Below, one piece after another: positions 1 through 8,298 of a DNA stretch of 64,000 bases. The notes below the pieces were generated by a model, which worked only from the letters and a program-made list of their open reading frames with translations, was not told the origin of the DNA and ran no database searches. Made by a program: the position numbers and the translations under genes. Numbering within the stretch: the first letter of the stretch is position 1; every line of letters begins with the position of its first letter. Source of the stretch: an uncultured Bacteroidales bacterium (GTDB lineage: Bacteria > Bacteroidota > Bacteroidia > Bacteroidales > F082); assembly GCA_937906455.1 (NCBI GenBank), contig CALCYT010000040.1, positions 6,308 through 70,307 of the forward strand, read 5' to 3'.

Positions 1-2627
1 TATTGCGAATCGCGCAAGTCGCGGTTGATGAAGCCGCTCGGAATGTCAGCTTCTTTCATCAGCAGTTTGTCGTGCTTTGTCTTGCTGATAACTTTGTCAT
101 CCAACAACTTGTCAATGCGATTCTTGTAATCGCCATTGGCGAAATCTTCGCCATATTTTGTGGCTACAAAATCGAAAGCCGTAGTGTTCGACTTGTCCAG
201 ATTGGCTTGACGTGCTTCCAAAGTTTTGTTTGAGAATGAGTCGTCGAATAGTTTTGCCTGCGGAATGATATGTTCAATATCGAACTCTTTGCTGAAGAGT
301 TTTTCGCGTGGTATGTAAGTGTCGGTATAGAGTGTGTGGTAACCGTTATTCTTCAGCTCCTCATATAATTTGTAGCGAATAATGTCGTTGCGACTCACAT
401 GCGACAGACCAAATTCATTTTGCAGTTTCTTGACCAATTCCTCATGCAGACGAGTTGTTTCGTTGATAGACTTCGTGAGTTCCTCGCGCTCCTTGGCCGA
501 CTTCTTCAGTTCGCGAGCCAACTCGATACGGATTTCATCGGGTTTGCCGTATTCCTCTATGATGCCATTGACAACATTGACCATTTGGTTCAAAATCTTC
601 TCAACAACGGGGTTGCGCAGACTGTTGCGCGGAAGAAGTTCCAACTTGTCTTTCAGCACCTTGTTTTCAATCTCCTCCTTGGTGAGCGACTGCTTTGAAT
701 GGCGATAACCTGCATATTCGCAAGCCACGCTGTAGTCGTTCCCGTCTTTCAAATGCGGCAATATCTTACGTATAGCTTTGGTGCTCAGACTACTATAATC
801 GCCAGCCTCCTTGAAAACAACATTGGCAAGAACCGTTGCGTATTCCTTTTCAAAGCCAAACGTACCGTGCAACTTTTCAATCAATTTTTCATTGCCAATG
901 GATGAATTGTCACCCTCAAACGAGTACAATAGATGCCACAGTCGGAACATTGGTTGCTGCTCAAAATCTTTTCCTTCAAGGTCGGAATTGAAGGTCAGAA
1001 TGCGAGTGTCAATACCTATCGTATCGAAAATCTCAGAAATGCTTTGCTGCATTTCTTTTGCTGATTTTTTCTGTAAATCTCCCACATCGTGTCCGCTCAT
1101 TTCGGCAATGGCTTGATATGCCTTGAACAACTCGGCTTGCGTGCGGTTGCCGTCCAACTCCTTGAAGTTCATGTCAACTTCTTTCTGATGAGGGAAGAGC
1201 ATTTTCAGTGCTTCAGCCTTCGACAATTTCTCTTTGTAGTTCAACTCGGCAAAAAGAAGCTCTTTTTCTTCAGGCAACAACCAGCGCTTGCCATAATTAT
1301 AGTCTTTGGAGTATCCAAATAGGTCCTGTTGCTGATTAGGTATTATCATTCCCGACACTTCAACGTCATTCAGCCGCTGCCAAATCTTGAACTCTTGGAA
1401 CAACGGCGATGACTTTGGGCAGACACGCAATCCGATGGTTTTCTGTCTCTTCTTGCCATCGACTTCCACTTCTATTTGCCGGCTCTCGAACTCGCAGAAC
1501 GAAATCAATCCCTTTTGCGACTTGAGCGGACGCTGGTAGAAAATCACCACATCGCGAATCTCTTTCTTGAGTTCGGCGGTCAACTCCTTATGAAATCTAG
1601 CCTGCGTTTCCCAGATGGTCTCAAACTCGTTGAGGTAGTCCTGCCGATAGAAGACCTGATTCTTCAGGCTGTAGTTCGGATTCTTGTCCAACTGCGCCAT
1701 TTGGTATTGACCGACTGTCTGATGATTGAAATATAGTTCCTTGCTTCGGTCGCTGATGTTGCCGAGATAACCGCTTGCATTGCTGATTTGGCCGTTGATT
1801 TCTTGAAGTACGATAGCCAATTCCTCCAATCCAAGTTGTTCGGAAAGAGCCTTGCAACGCCATTGGAAATTTTCAATCTTCTGCTCAAAGCCTTTTGTAG
1901 TGCGTTTGATGCCGACAATGCCGAATGGTTTGGCGCAAATCGCCCATGTCTGGCTTTTGTTCTTTCCTTGCAATTCGTCTTTCAGTCCGTCAGTGAGCTG
2001 GTCGGGATAAAAATGCTTCTGTATGTTCCAAACCTTGTCGAACTCAGCCTGCAAATCGGAACGGTAGAAATCGGGAAGATACTTTTTGCCACCTTTAAGC
2101 AACTCCAGCGACAACTGACCGGGCATCAAATTCTCGTTGTAAAGGCGTTTGGCAACCTCCATGCCGTCAATCAGTTGCCCCTCCTCGGTCGATTTCGCCT
2201 TTCGGCTGCTCTTGTAGCCACGTTTCTTGTTGATTTGCAAAAGCACACGCGCAAATTCCTCCAACGAAATCTCGTCAGTGGCAGCCTTTGCACGCAATCG
2301 GTATGTCTCAAAGGTTGTGCGATTGCCATTTTCCGATAAAATGGTGTCGTTAGAGATAAAACCACTGGATTTCAGAATCTTAATTAAGTTTTCACGACGC
2401 AGCTTATAGCGTTGCAAATTGCGACGCATACTGCGTTTGAGAGTGCGGTCGGCATTAGTTGTAATGCTTTTGCCTTTTTCAAAATTAGTCAGTTCGTCAA
2501 CAGTGAGCGGATTTACCCTAACTCCCAGTTTTACGATAGACGATTGTTCGTCAGCATTTTCAGCTTCATTCACCACCGCCCAGCCGATGCTGTTGGTGCC
2601 GAGGTCTAATCCCAGAATTTTTTTCAT
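1..2627 (-). CDS. cas9: CRISPR-associated endonuclease Cas9, type II-C-like. The 5' end is complete; the 3' end is truncated by the window edge.
   Basis: I translated the minus strand by hand from the ATG at 2627. This frame is absent from the ORF track because no stop lies inside the window. It gives 875 stop-free codons: MKKILGLDLGTNSIGWAVV (RuvC-I), ADRTLKRSMRRNLQRYKLRREN (Arg-rich bridge helix), INKKRGYKSSRK, VIFYQRPLKSQKGLISFCEFE, FRLWHLLYSFEGD, SLSTKAIRKILPHLKDG, LRNPVVEKILNQM, DEIRIELARELKK (RuvC-II), EFDIEHIIPQAKLFDDSFSNKTLE..ANLDKSN (HNH). The last residues, FINRDLRDSQ, mark the start of RuvC-III. Confidence 0.93.
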   Translation of the reverse strand, partial: MKKILGLDLGTNSIGWAVVNEAENADEQSSIVKLGVRVNPLTVDELTNFEKGKSITTNADRTLKRSMRRNLQRYKLRRENLIKILKSSGFISNDTILSENGNRTTFETYRLRAKAATDEISLEEFARVLLQINKKRGYKSSRKAKSTEEGQLIDGMEVAKRLYNENLMPGQLSLELLKGGKKYLPDFYRSDLQAEFDKVWNIQKHFYPDQLTDGLKDELQGKNKSQTWAICAKPFGIVGIKRTTKGFEQKIENFQWRCKALSEQLGLEELAIVLQEINGQISNASGYLGNISDRSKELYFNHQTVGQYQMAQLDKNPNYSLKNQVFYRQDYLNEFETIWETQARFHKELTAELKKEIRDVVIFYQRPLKSQKGLISFCEFESRQIEVEVDGKKRQKTIGLRVCPKSSPLFQEFKIWQRLNDVEVSGMIIPNQQQDLFGYSKDYNYGKRWLLPEEKELLFAELNYKEKLSKAEALKMLFPHQKEVDMNFKELDGNRTQAELFKAYQAIAEMSGHDVGDLQKKSAKEMQQSISEIFDTIGIDTRILTFNSDLEGKDFEQQPMFRLWHLLYSFEGDNSSIGNEKLIEKLHGTFGFEKEYATVLANVVFKEAGDYSSLSTKAIRKILPHLKDGNDYSVACEYAGYRHSKQSLTKEEIENKVLKDKLELLPRNSLRNPVVEKILNQMVNVVNGIIEEYGKPDEIRIELARELKKSAKEREELTKSINETTRLHEELVKKLQNEFGLSHVSRNDIIRYKLYEELKNNGYHTLYTDTYIPREKLFSKEFDIEHIIPQAKLFDDSFSNKTLEARQANLDKSNTTAFDFVATKYGEDFANGDYKNRIDKLLDDKVISKTKHDKLLMKEADIPSGFINRDLRDSQ

Positions 2628-2653
2628 GTGCTTTAGTGTATGATTTCAAAGCA

Positions 2654-2661
2654 CAAAAATA
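2654..2661 (-). promoter_or_regulatory. Bacteroidota -7 box (TATTTTTG) for cas9
   Basis: The minus strand reads TATTTTTG, matching TAnnTTTG, about 26 nt upstream of the cas9 ATG. Confidence 0.5.
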
Positions 2662-2669
2662 AAAAAAAG

Positions 2670-2692
2670 TTATATATTTTCAAAATATATAA
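2670..2692. repeat. Perfect 11-bp AT-only inverted repeat between the divergent cas9 and tracrRNA promoters
   Basis: ttatatatttt-c-aaaatatataa. The arms at 2670-2680 and 2682-2692 are exact reverse complements. Confidence 0.8.
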
Positions 2693-2703
2693 AAAAAATA
2701 TTG

Positions 2704-2711
2704 TATTTTTG
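2704..2711 (+). promoter_or_regulatory. Bacteroidota -7 box (TATTTTTG) for the candidate tracrRNA
   Basis: gTATTTTTGcagaac matches TAnnTTTG. The same extended context (tatttttgcagaac) precedes glmM on the minus strand near 54230. Confidence 0.55.
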
Positions 2712-2716
2712 CAGAA

Positions 2717-2798
2717 CAAATTTTGAAGCAATTCACAATAAGGATTATTCCGTTGTGAAAACATTAAGGCCGCCCTCGTCCTCAACGGGGGCTCTTTT
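2717..2798 (+). ncRNA. Candidate tracrRNA (~80 nt), divergent from cas9
   Basis: The expected TSS lies a few nt after the -7 box. Putative anti-repeat: 2715-2738 aacaaattttgaagcaattcacaa. Nexus-like element: AAGGATTATTCCGTT at 2740-2754, compared from memory with S. pyogenes AAGGCUAGUCCGUU. A 7-bp GC hairpin plus TCTTTT ends it at 2772-2798. No + strand CDS exists here that would need this promoter or terminator. Confidence 0.6.
2772..2798 (+). terminator. Intrinsic terminator (3' end of the candidate tracrRNA)
   Basis: The stem gccctcg (2772-2778) pairs with cgggggc (2786-2792), including one G-U pair. The loop is the 7-nt tcctcaa, followed by tctttt. Confidence 0.6.
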
Positions 2799-2800
2799 AC

Positions 2801-2821
2801 TCTAAGGTCTAAAGTCTAAAG
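2801..2821 (+). repeat. Heptamer tandem repeat (TCTAAAG)x3 overlapping the nnr stop codon
   Basis: tctaagg tctaaag tctaaag. On the minus strand it encodes the last residues ALDFRP and the TAG stop of nnr. Confidence 0.85.
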
Positions 2822-4295
2822 CCTTCACAATATCCCTCGCAATCACACTCTCCATTCCCCTCATTTCCGCTGCCTTGTCGCCTGCCCTGCCGTGCATGAA
2901 AACGCCGATAACTGCTGCCTCTTCGGGTGTATAACGTTGCGCTAAAAGCGACAAAATGATGCCCGTCAAGACATCGCCGCTGCCTGCCGTCGCCATGCCG
3001 GGATTGCCGGTAGAGTTGAAGAAACATGCCCCGTTGGGGAATGTTATTGAGGTGTTGGCTCCTTTCAAAACGATTATAATGTTGTATCTTTGCGACATTT
3101 CTCGTTGAAGCTCAATACGTTGCATAGAGTTATCGGTCTTCCCGAACAAACGCTCGAACTCCTTCGGATGCGGCGTTATAATCGTGCGCTCAGGCAAAAA
3201 CGCAAGCCACGTCTTGTTTTCAGAGATGATATTCAATGCGTCAGCATCAAGCACTAACGGTACTTTTACATCTTGAATCAGACGTTTCAAGGCCTTGGCT
3301 GTCTCATCGGCTTTCCCAAGACCCGGACCAGCTCCTATCGCGTTAAATGACTGTAAATCTGGCACTTGCGAGAAACAGTTTTCCGATTCATCAAGGCTTG
3401 TCATGGCTTCCGGAAGATAAATCTGCAATGGCAGCGTCGCCGCTTTCGGCAGATGTGTCGTCAACAGCCCGACACCCGACCGCATACATGCTTCGGAGGC
3501 GAGAAGCGCGGCACCTGTCTTGCCGGTGGAGCCGGCAATCAACAAGGCGTGTCCGTAAGTGCCTTTGTGTGAATGCTTTCCGCGTTTATGCAGCAATGGC
3601 ATTACGACATCTGCCGTGGTGTAAAAATTTTGCGTCTCCACTTTCTCAATGAAATCAGGATGGATTTTTATGTCGAGGACTTCCCATTTACCCACAAAAG
3701 GCTCGTTCTCGGGATAAAAAAACGCCATCTTCGGAAACTGCATCGACAGGGTGTAATCGGGTTTGAAAATGACGCTGCCCGCATTGACAGCATCGCCGTT
3801 TAACCCTGACGCTATGTCAATTGCGATTCTAATAGCTTGATTATCATTAATATGACTAATCATATCAGCCGCCAAACCTTCTAATGGCCGCGACAGTCCG
3901 GAGCCGAACAAAGCGTCGATCACAATGTCATTATCCGAGATTTTCGGAAAATCGTCTTTAGAGAAGATGCCAAACATCGGGACCTCGGGAATCTCTTTCA
4001 GACGTTCGTAATTAGCCTCGCAATCGTCACTGAAACGCTCACTAACATGGGCGATAAACACTTGAGCGTAAATGTCTTGCGTGGCGAGAAGCCGCGCCAA
4101 GGCAAGCCCGTCGCCACCATTGTTGCCCATGCCGCAGAAAATTTTTATCGACACTTCCTTTGATTTTATTTTCCTCATCAGCCAGAAATAAATCTGTGTG
4201 GCGGCGCGTTCCATCAAATCGACAGACGAAACAGGCTCAGTATCAATGGTATAGGCATCGGCCTCACGCGCGGATTTAATGTTCGGAATCTTCAT
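2802..4295 (-). CDS. nnr: Bifunctional NAD(P)H-hydrate repair enzyme (epimerase / ADP-dependent dehydratase)
   Basis: 497 aa. YjeF-N motif GMGNNGGDGLALARLL. Carbohydrate-kinase half with HKGTYGHALLIAGS and GSGDVLTGII. Confidence 0.9.
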   Translation of the reverse strand: MKIPNIKSAREADAYTIDTEPVSSVDLMERAATQIYFWLMRKIKSKEVSIKIFCGMGNNGGDGLALARLLATQDIYAQVFIAHVSERFSDDCEANYERLKEIPEVPMFGIFSKDDFPKISDNDIVIDALFGSGLSRPLEGLAADMISHINDNQAIRIAIDIASGLNGDAVNAGSVIFKPDYTLSMQFPKMAFFYPENEPFVGKWEVLDIKIHPDFIEKVETQNFYTTADVVMPLLHKRGKHSHKGTYGHALLIAGSTGKTGAALLASEACMRSGVGLLTTHLPKAATLPLQIYLPEAMTSLDESENCFSQVPDLQSFNAIGAGPGLGKADETAKALKRLIQDVKVPLVLDADALNIISENKTWLAFLPERTIITPHPKEFERLFGKTDNSMQRIELQREMSQRYNIIIVLKGANTSITFPNGACFFNSTGNPGMATAGSGDVLTGIILSLLAQRYTPEEAAVIGVFMHGRAGDKAAEMRGMESVIARDIVKALDFRP

Positions 4296-4348
4296 GGTGA
4301 CAATTTTTTCGCAAATTTACAAAAAAGTTTTATGTCATTATCAAAAAA

Positions 4349-4379
4349 TCTAAAGTCTGACCTCTAAACTCTAAAGTCT
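4349..4379 (+). repeat. Degenerate heptamer tandem repeat (TCTAAAG-like x4) in the nnr/rlmD divergent promoter region
   Basis: tctaaag tctgacc tctaaac tctaaag tct. Confidence 0.8.
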
Positions 4380-4385
4380 TTTTCG

Positions 4386-4393
4386 TATTTTTG
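4386..4393 (+). promoter_or_regulatory. -7 box (TATTTTTG) for rlmD
   Basis: cgTATTTTTGcggcATG. Only 4 nt separate the box from the ATG, so the mRNA may be leaderless or nearly so. Confidence 0.45.
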
Positions 4394-4397
4394 CGGC

Positions 4398-5825
4398 ATG
4401 AAAAAAAATAGGCAACCTCTATATATCGAAGATGTAGAAATCATCGACGCCGGCTCCGAGGGCATGAGTATCGCCAAGCCTGACGAGAAAGTGGTGTTCA
4501 TCCCTTTCGGCACACCTGGTGATGTCGTTGACATTCAAGTATTTAAGAAGAAATCCAATTGTTTCGACGGAAAGATTCTCAATATCAAAAAAGAATCCGA
4601 CAAACGTGTGAGACCCGTCTGCCAACACTTCGGACTCTGCGGCGGCTGTAAATGGCAACACCTTGACTATCAATGGCAACTGTATTACAAACAGAAACAG
4701 ATAAAAGACAACTTCGACCGCATCGGGAAGATTGAATACCCTGAGATGATGCCTATTTTGGGCTGCGAGAAACAGTTTTTCTATCGCAACAAGTTAGAAT
4801 ACAGCTTCTCAAATCGTAAATGGCTCACCGACGGCGCCCCTGCCGGCACCTATGGTGAGGAAGACTGCAAAGGTTTCGGCTACCATCTGCCCGGCCTCTT
4901 CGACCGTGTCATCGACATCGAGAAATGCTACCTCCAAGCCGACCCATCGAATGATATTCGATTGTTTATCAAGGACTTCACAATGAGACACAAGCTTTCA
5001 TACCATAATGTGAAGGCTCACGTCGGCACCATGCGCAACGTCATCATTCGCTGCAACGGCAAAGGCGAGTTTATGGTCATCATGGTGATAAATGAGGAAA
5101 ACGAGGTCGTGAGAAATGAACTCATGCCCGCCCTATCGGAGAAGTTCCCGCAAATCATCTCGCTGATGCTCGTCATCAACAGCAAGTTCAACGACACAAT
5201 ATCCGATTTGCCGTTCGAGTGCCTCAAAGGTGAGCCGTATCTGGTTGAGACTATGCAGTCGCCGCTTCCGGGATTCGACGACCTGAAGTTCCGTGTGGGA
5301 CCGGTGTCGTTCTTCCAAACCAATGTGTATCAGGCTGAAAGGCTTTACAAAGCGGCTTTCGACCTCGCCGACGTGCAGGGCGACGAGCTGATGTATGACC
5401 TCTACACTGGCACCGGCACCATAGCCTTGTATTTCTCCCGTTTCGTGAAACGGGTGGTGGGCATTGAATATGTTGAGGAGGCTATCGAGGACGCAAAAGT
5501 CAATGGGCAGTTCAATAATATAACGAACACGAGTTTCTTTGCCGGCGACATGGCGAAGGTGCTCACCGACGAGTTCATCACTGAGCACGGCAAGCCCGAT
5601 TTCATCGTGACGGATCCTCCGCGCGCTGGCATGGCGGACAAAGTCATCGAACAGCTCAAGAAGATTAAAGCCAAAAAAATTGTATATGTGAGCTGTAACC
5701 CTGCCACGCAAGCCCGTGACTTACAACTACTTGACGAGTTCTACGCTGTCAAAGCCGTGCAACCGGTGGATATGTTCCCGCACACTCAACATGTCGAAAA
5801 TGTGGTGCTGTTAGAGCTGCGATAA
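4398..5825 (+). CDS. rlmD: 23S rRNA (uracil-5-)-methyltransferase, RumA/RlmD family
   Basis: 475 aa. N-terminal TRAM-like region, Fe-S Cys cluster CQHFGLCGGCKWQH, SAM-MTase motifs DLYTGTGTI and DPPRAG. Confidence 0.88.
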   Translation: MKKNRQPLYIEDVEIIDAGSEGMSIAKPDEKVVFIPFGTPGDVVDIQVFKKKSNCFDGKILNIKKESDKRVRPVCQHFGLCGGCKWQHLDYQWQLYYKQKQIKDNFDRIGKIEYPEMMPILGCEKQFFYRNKLEYSFSNRKWLTDGAPAGTYGEEDCKGFGYHLPGLFDRVIDIEKCYLQADPSNDIRLFIKDFTMRHKLSYHNVKAHVGTMRNVIIRCNGKGEFMVIMVINEENEVVRNELMPALSEKFPQIISLMLVINSKFNDTISDLPFECLKGEPYLVETMQSPLPGFDDLKFRVGPVSFFQTNVYQAERLYKAAFDLADVQGDELMYDLYTGTGTIALYFSRFVKRVVGIEYVEEAIEDAKVNGQFNNITNTSFFAGDMAKVLTDEFITEHGKPDFIVTDPPRAGMADKVIEQLKKIKAKKIVYVSCNPATQARDLQLLDEFYAVKAVQPVDMFPHTQHVENVVLLELR

Positions 5826-6323
5826 ATAATTGATTATCTCGTCGATATTCAAATTCTCGCCTTTAACGGTAAAATCAGCCTGCTCATAATATGGCAGTCG
5901 TGAATTGTAATGATTTTCAACATATTGGCACAATTCTTCCTCCGATTTTCCATACACCAACGGGCGTTTGCGTTTCGCATTCAGGATACGATGGAACGCT
6001 GTCAGCGGGCTCACTTTCACGAATATCGTCGTGCCGTTGTCTTTCATCCACTGCATGTTATCAAAAAAACAAGGCGTGCCGCCACCAGTGGAAATCACCA
6101 CATGGTGCATCTCACCTGTATTTTTCAATATCTCGGATTCAAATTTGCGAAAATAGTCTTCACCATATTTATCGAAGAAATCCTGCACGGAGATATGATA
6201 TTTCTCCTCGAACAAATCATCGGTGTCGTATGGTTCATAACCTAATCGCGTCGCCAGCTTCCGTGAAATCGACGACTTCCCGGAACACATATACCCGATG
6301 ATGTATATTCTATCTGATAACAC
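5811..6323 (-). CDS. aroK: Shikimate kinase
   Basis: 170 aa. P-loop IGYMCSGKSS. The start is GTG and overlaps the yidC stop by 1 nt. The 3' end converges on and overlaps rlmD by 15 bp. Confidence 0.88.
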   Translation of the reverse strand: MLSDRIYIIGYMCSGKSSISRKLATRLGYEPYDTDDLFEEKYHISVQDFFDKYGEDYFRKFESEILKNTGEMHHVVISTGGGTPCFFDNMQWMKDNGTTIFVKVSPLTAFHRILNAKRKRPLVYGKSEEELCQYVENHYNSRLPYYEQADFTVKGENLNIDEIINYLSQL

Positions 6324-8257
6324 TAACGTTTGCGTTGCATTTGTTGTTGCTGTTTCTGCATTTCTTCGAGTCGCTTCTGGAATGCCGATTTCTTCACCGG
6401 TTTCTGTTTCGCCATCTCGATTTTCTTGCGAAGCTTCTCCTCATTTGTAAACACTCTGAAGAGGTACATCTGCAGGAAAGTGATGATATTCACCAACATA
6501 TAATAATAGCTCAAGCCTGCCGAATAACTGTTGAACAAGCCGAGGAACATTATCGGCATGATGTACATCATAACCTTCATTCCCTTCATGCCCTGCTGGT
6601 TGGTCGATGCCATCTGCTTGTTGTTGATATAGGTGTACAGTATCGTCGTGACTGTCATCAGCAAGGTGAACAAGCTCACATGGTCGCCGTAGAACGGGAT
6701 GGTAAATCCGAGGTCGAGGATGCTGTCGTATGTCGAGAGGTCGTCGGCCCAGAGGAACGGCTGCTGACGGAGCTCTATACTCGCTGGGAAGAAACGGAAC
6801 ACAGCCCACAATATTGGCAACTGCAGCAACATCGGCAAGCAACCCGATGTCGGACTGGCACCTGCTTTCTTGTAGAGGTCCATCACCGCCTGCTGTTTCT
6901 TCATCGCGTCTTCTTCTTTCGGATATTTCTCGTTGATGGCATCGATTTCAGGCTTCAACACACGCATCTTAGCCGACGACTGGTACGATTTGTATGCAAA
7001 CGGCATCAGACACAGCTTTATGATGATGGTCAGCACCAGAATCACGATACCGTAGTTCCAGCCATAGCTGCCGAGCCAGTTGAACACATTGACGACGAGG
7101 TATCTGTTAATCCATCCGACGAGCTTACCGCCGAGAGGTATCTGCTTGTCAAGACCGATGCCGTATTTGTCCATGATTTTCAAGCTGTTAGGACCAAAAT
7201 AGAACTGCATCGGCATCTCATTGGTCTCGCTGAAACCGTCAAACGGGACATCTACGGTTGCATACATTGTCTTGAGATAACGTGGATTTTTTGTTCTCAC
7301 ATCAGTCTTCATGCCCACCACTGCCGAGCTTAAATTGTCCTTGGCTATCAATGCATAGCTGAAGAAACGCTGCTTGAACGACAGCCACTTCAGGTTGGAG
7401 CGAATGTCTTTCTCGCCGTCTTTCTCCCCTCCTCTGTCACCGCTCAACGACTCGACATCGCCATTGGAATATCTGTAGTAAACATTGGAACCGTTGTAAC
7501 GGTCAACGGCCTTCTCTTGTTTCAAAAGGTCAACATACCAGTCGATGGTGACGAAATTGGTGTTCGAGGCGATGATATTTCTCATATTCACCGTCTTGAC
7601 ATCAAAATCGACCATATATTCGTCCTTCGTGACGGTATATGTAAACTCAATGTATTGATTCGGATTCAGCTCATCTGACAGATTGTCAGTGAAGGCTTTG
7701 AAGCTGATAATCAACGGGTTGTCCATCACCACTATGTCGCCGTCACCGTAATATTTCAAGCCGTTGATATACGGCTCAAAGTACAAGTCGAGGGTGTTGA
7801 TGTTTCTGTTTGAGGCAAAAAACGAAAGATTGAACTTTGTGGTGTTCTCGTCAAAACTTATGAGCGGCAGCGAGTCCCACGTCTTGTAGTCTTTCAGCTC
7901 CACTTTCTTGACGAATGCGCCTTTCGAGGTAAGTGTCATCTTCAAGACGTCGTTTTCGATGGTGAGAATCTTCTCCTCGCCTTTTGTCGCTGAGGTGAAA
8001 ACCCCATATTTGTCGCGCAGGACGGCATCCGTCATCTCAACATTCTCGTTTTGTGCCACCGTCTGTTGCTCGACGGCCTTTTGAGCTTCCGCAAAACGTA
8101 TCGAATCTTGAATGTAACGCGCTCTATTTGCTTGATATATAGAGTCTTGGACATGTTTCTGTCTTTCTATCTCTTCCTTCGACGGTGTCATCCAGACAAA
8201 CCATCCGATAAAAATTCCAATAATAAGGATAATTCCAATAACCGAGTTTTTATTCAT
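6323..8257 (-). CDS. yidC: Membrane protein insertase YidC (long Bacteroidota form)
   Basis: 644 aa. N-terminal TM segment, a large periplasmic domain, and a C-terminal 60-kDa insertase core (GCLPMLLQLPILWAVFRFF) with a basic tail. Confidence 0.9.
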   Translation of the reverse strand: MNKNSVIGIILIIGIFIGWFVWMTPSKEEIERQKHVQDSIYQANRARYIQDSIRFAEAQKAVEQQTVAQNENVEMTDAVLRDKYGVFTSATKGEEKILTIENDVLKMTLTSKGAFVKKVELKDYKTWDSLPLISFDENTTKFNLSFFASNRNINTLDLYFEPYINGLKYYGDGDIVVMDNPLIISFKAFTDNLSDELNPNQYIEFTYTVTKDEYMVDFDVKTVNMRNIIASNTNFVTIDWYVDLLKQEKAVDRYNGSNVYYRYSNGDVESLSGDRGGEKDGEKDIRSNLKWLSFKQRFFSYALIAKDNLSSAVVGMKTDVRTKNPRYLKTMYATVDVPFDGFSETNEMPMQFYFGPNSLKIMDKYGIGLDKQIPLGGKLVGWINRYLVVNVFNWLGSYGWNYGIVILVLTIIIKLCLMPFAYKSYQSSAKMRVLKPEIDAINEKYPKEEDAMKKQQAVMDLYKKAGASPTSGCLPMLLQLPILWAVFRFFPASIELRQQPFLWADDLSTYDSILDLGFTIPFYGDHVSLFTLLMTVTTILYTYINNKQMASTNQQGMKGMKVMMYIMPIMFLGLFNSYSAGLSYYYMLVNIITFLQMYLFRVFTNEEKLRKKIEMAKQKPVKKSAFQKRLEEMQKQQQQMQRKR

Positions 8258-8298
8258 AGTGAAATATTTTCGATAATAAGGCGCAAAAATACGAATTT

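Noticed and set aside
3-2643. A dozen short + strand ORFs (60-183 aa) listed in the track across the left 2.6 kb.
   Set aside because: All lie antisense to, or out of frame with, the uninterrupted cas9 frame. Their translations are low-complexity Leu/Phe/Ser-rich shadow sequences with no recognisable motifs.
2628-2654. A perfect 7-bp inverted repeat, gtgcttt..13 nt..aaagcac, abutting the cas9 start codon, considered as a 5'-UTR translational hairpin.
   Set aside because: The proposed cas9 -7 box (2654-2661) puts the TSS inside the hairpin, so the full stem would probably not be transcribed. I kept it only as a note, and TSS mapping could revive it.
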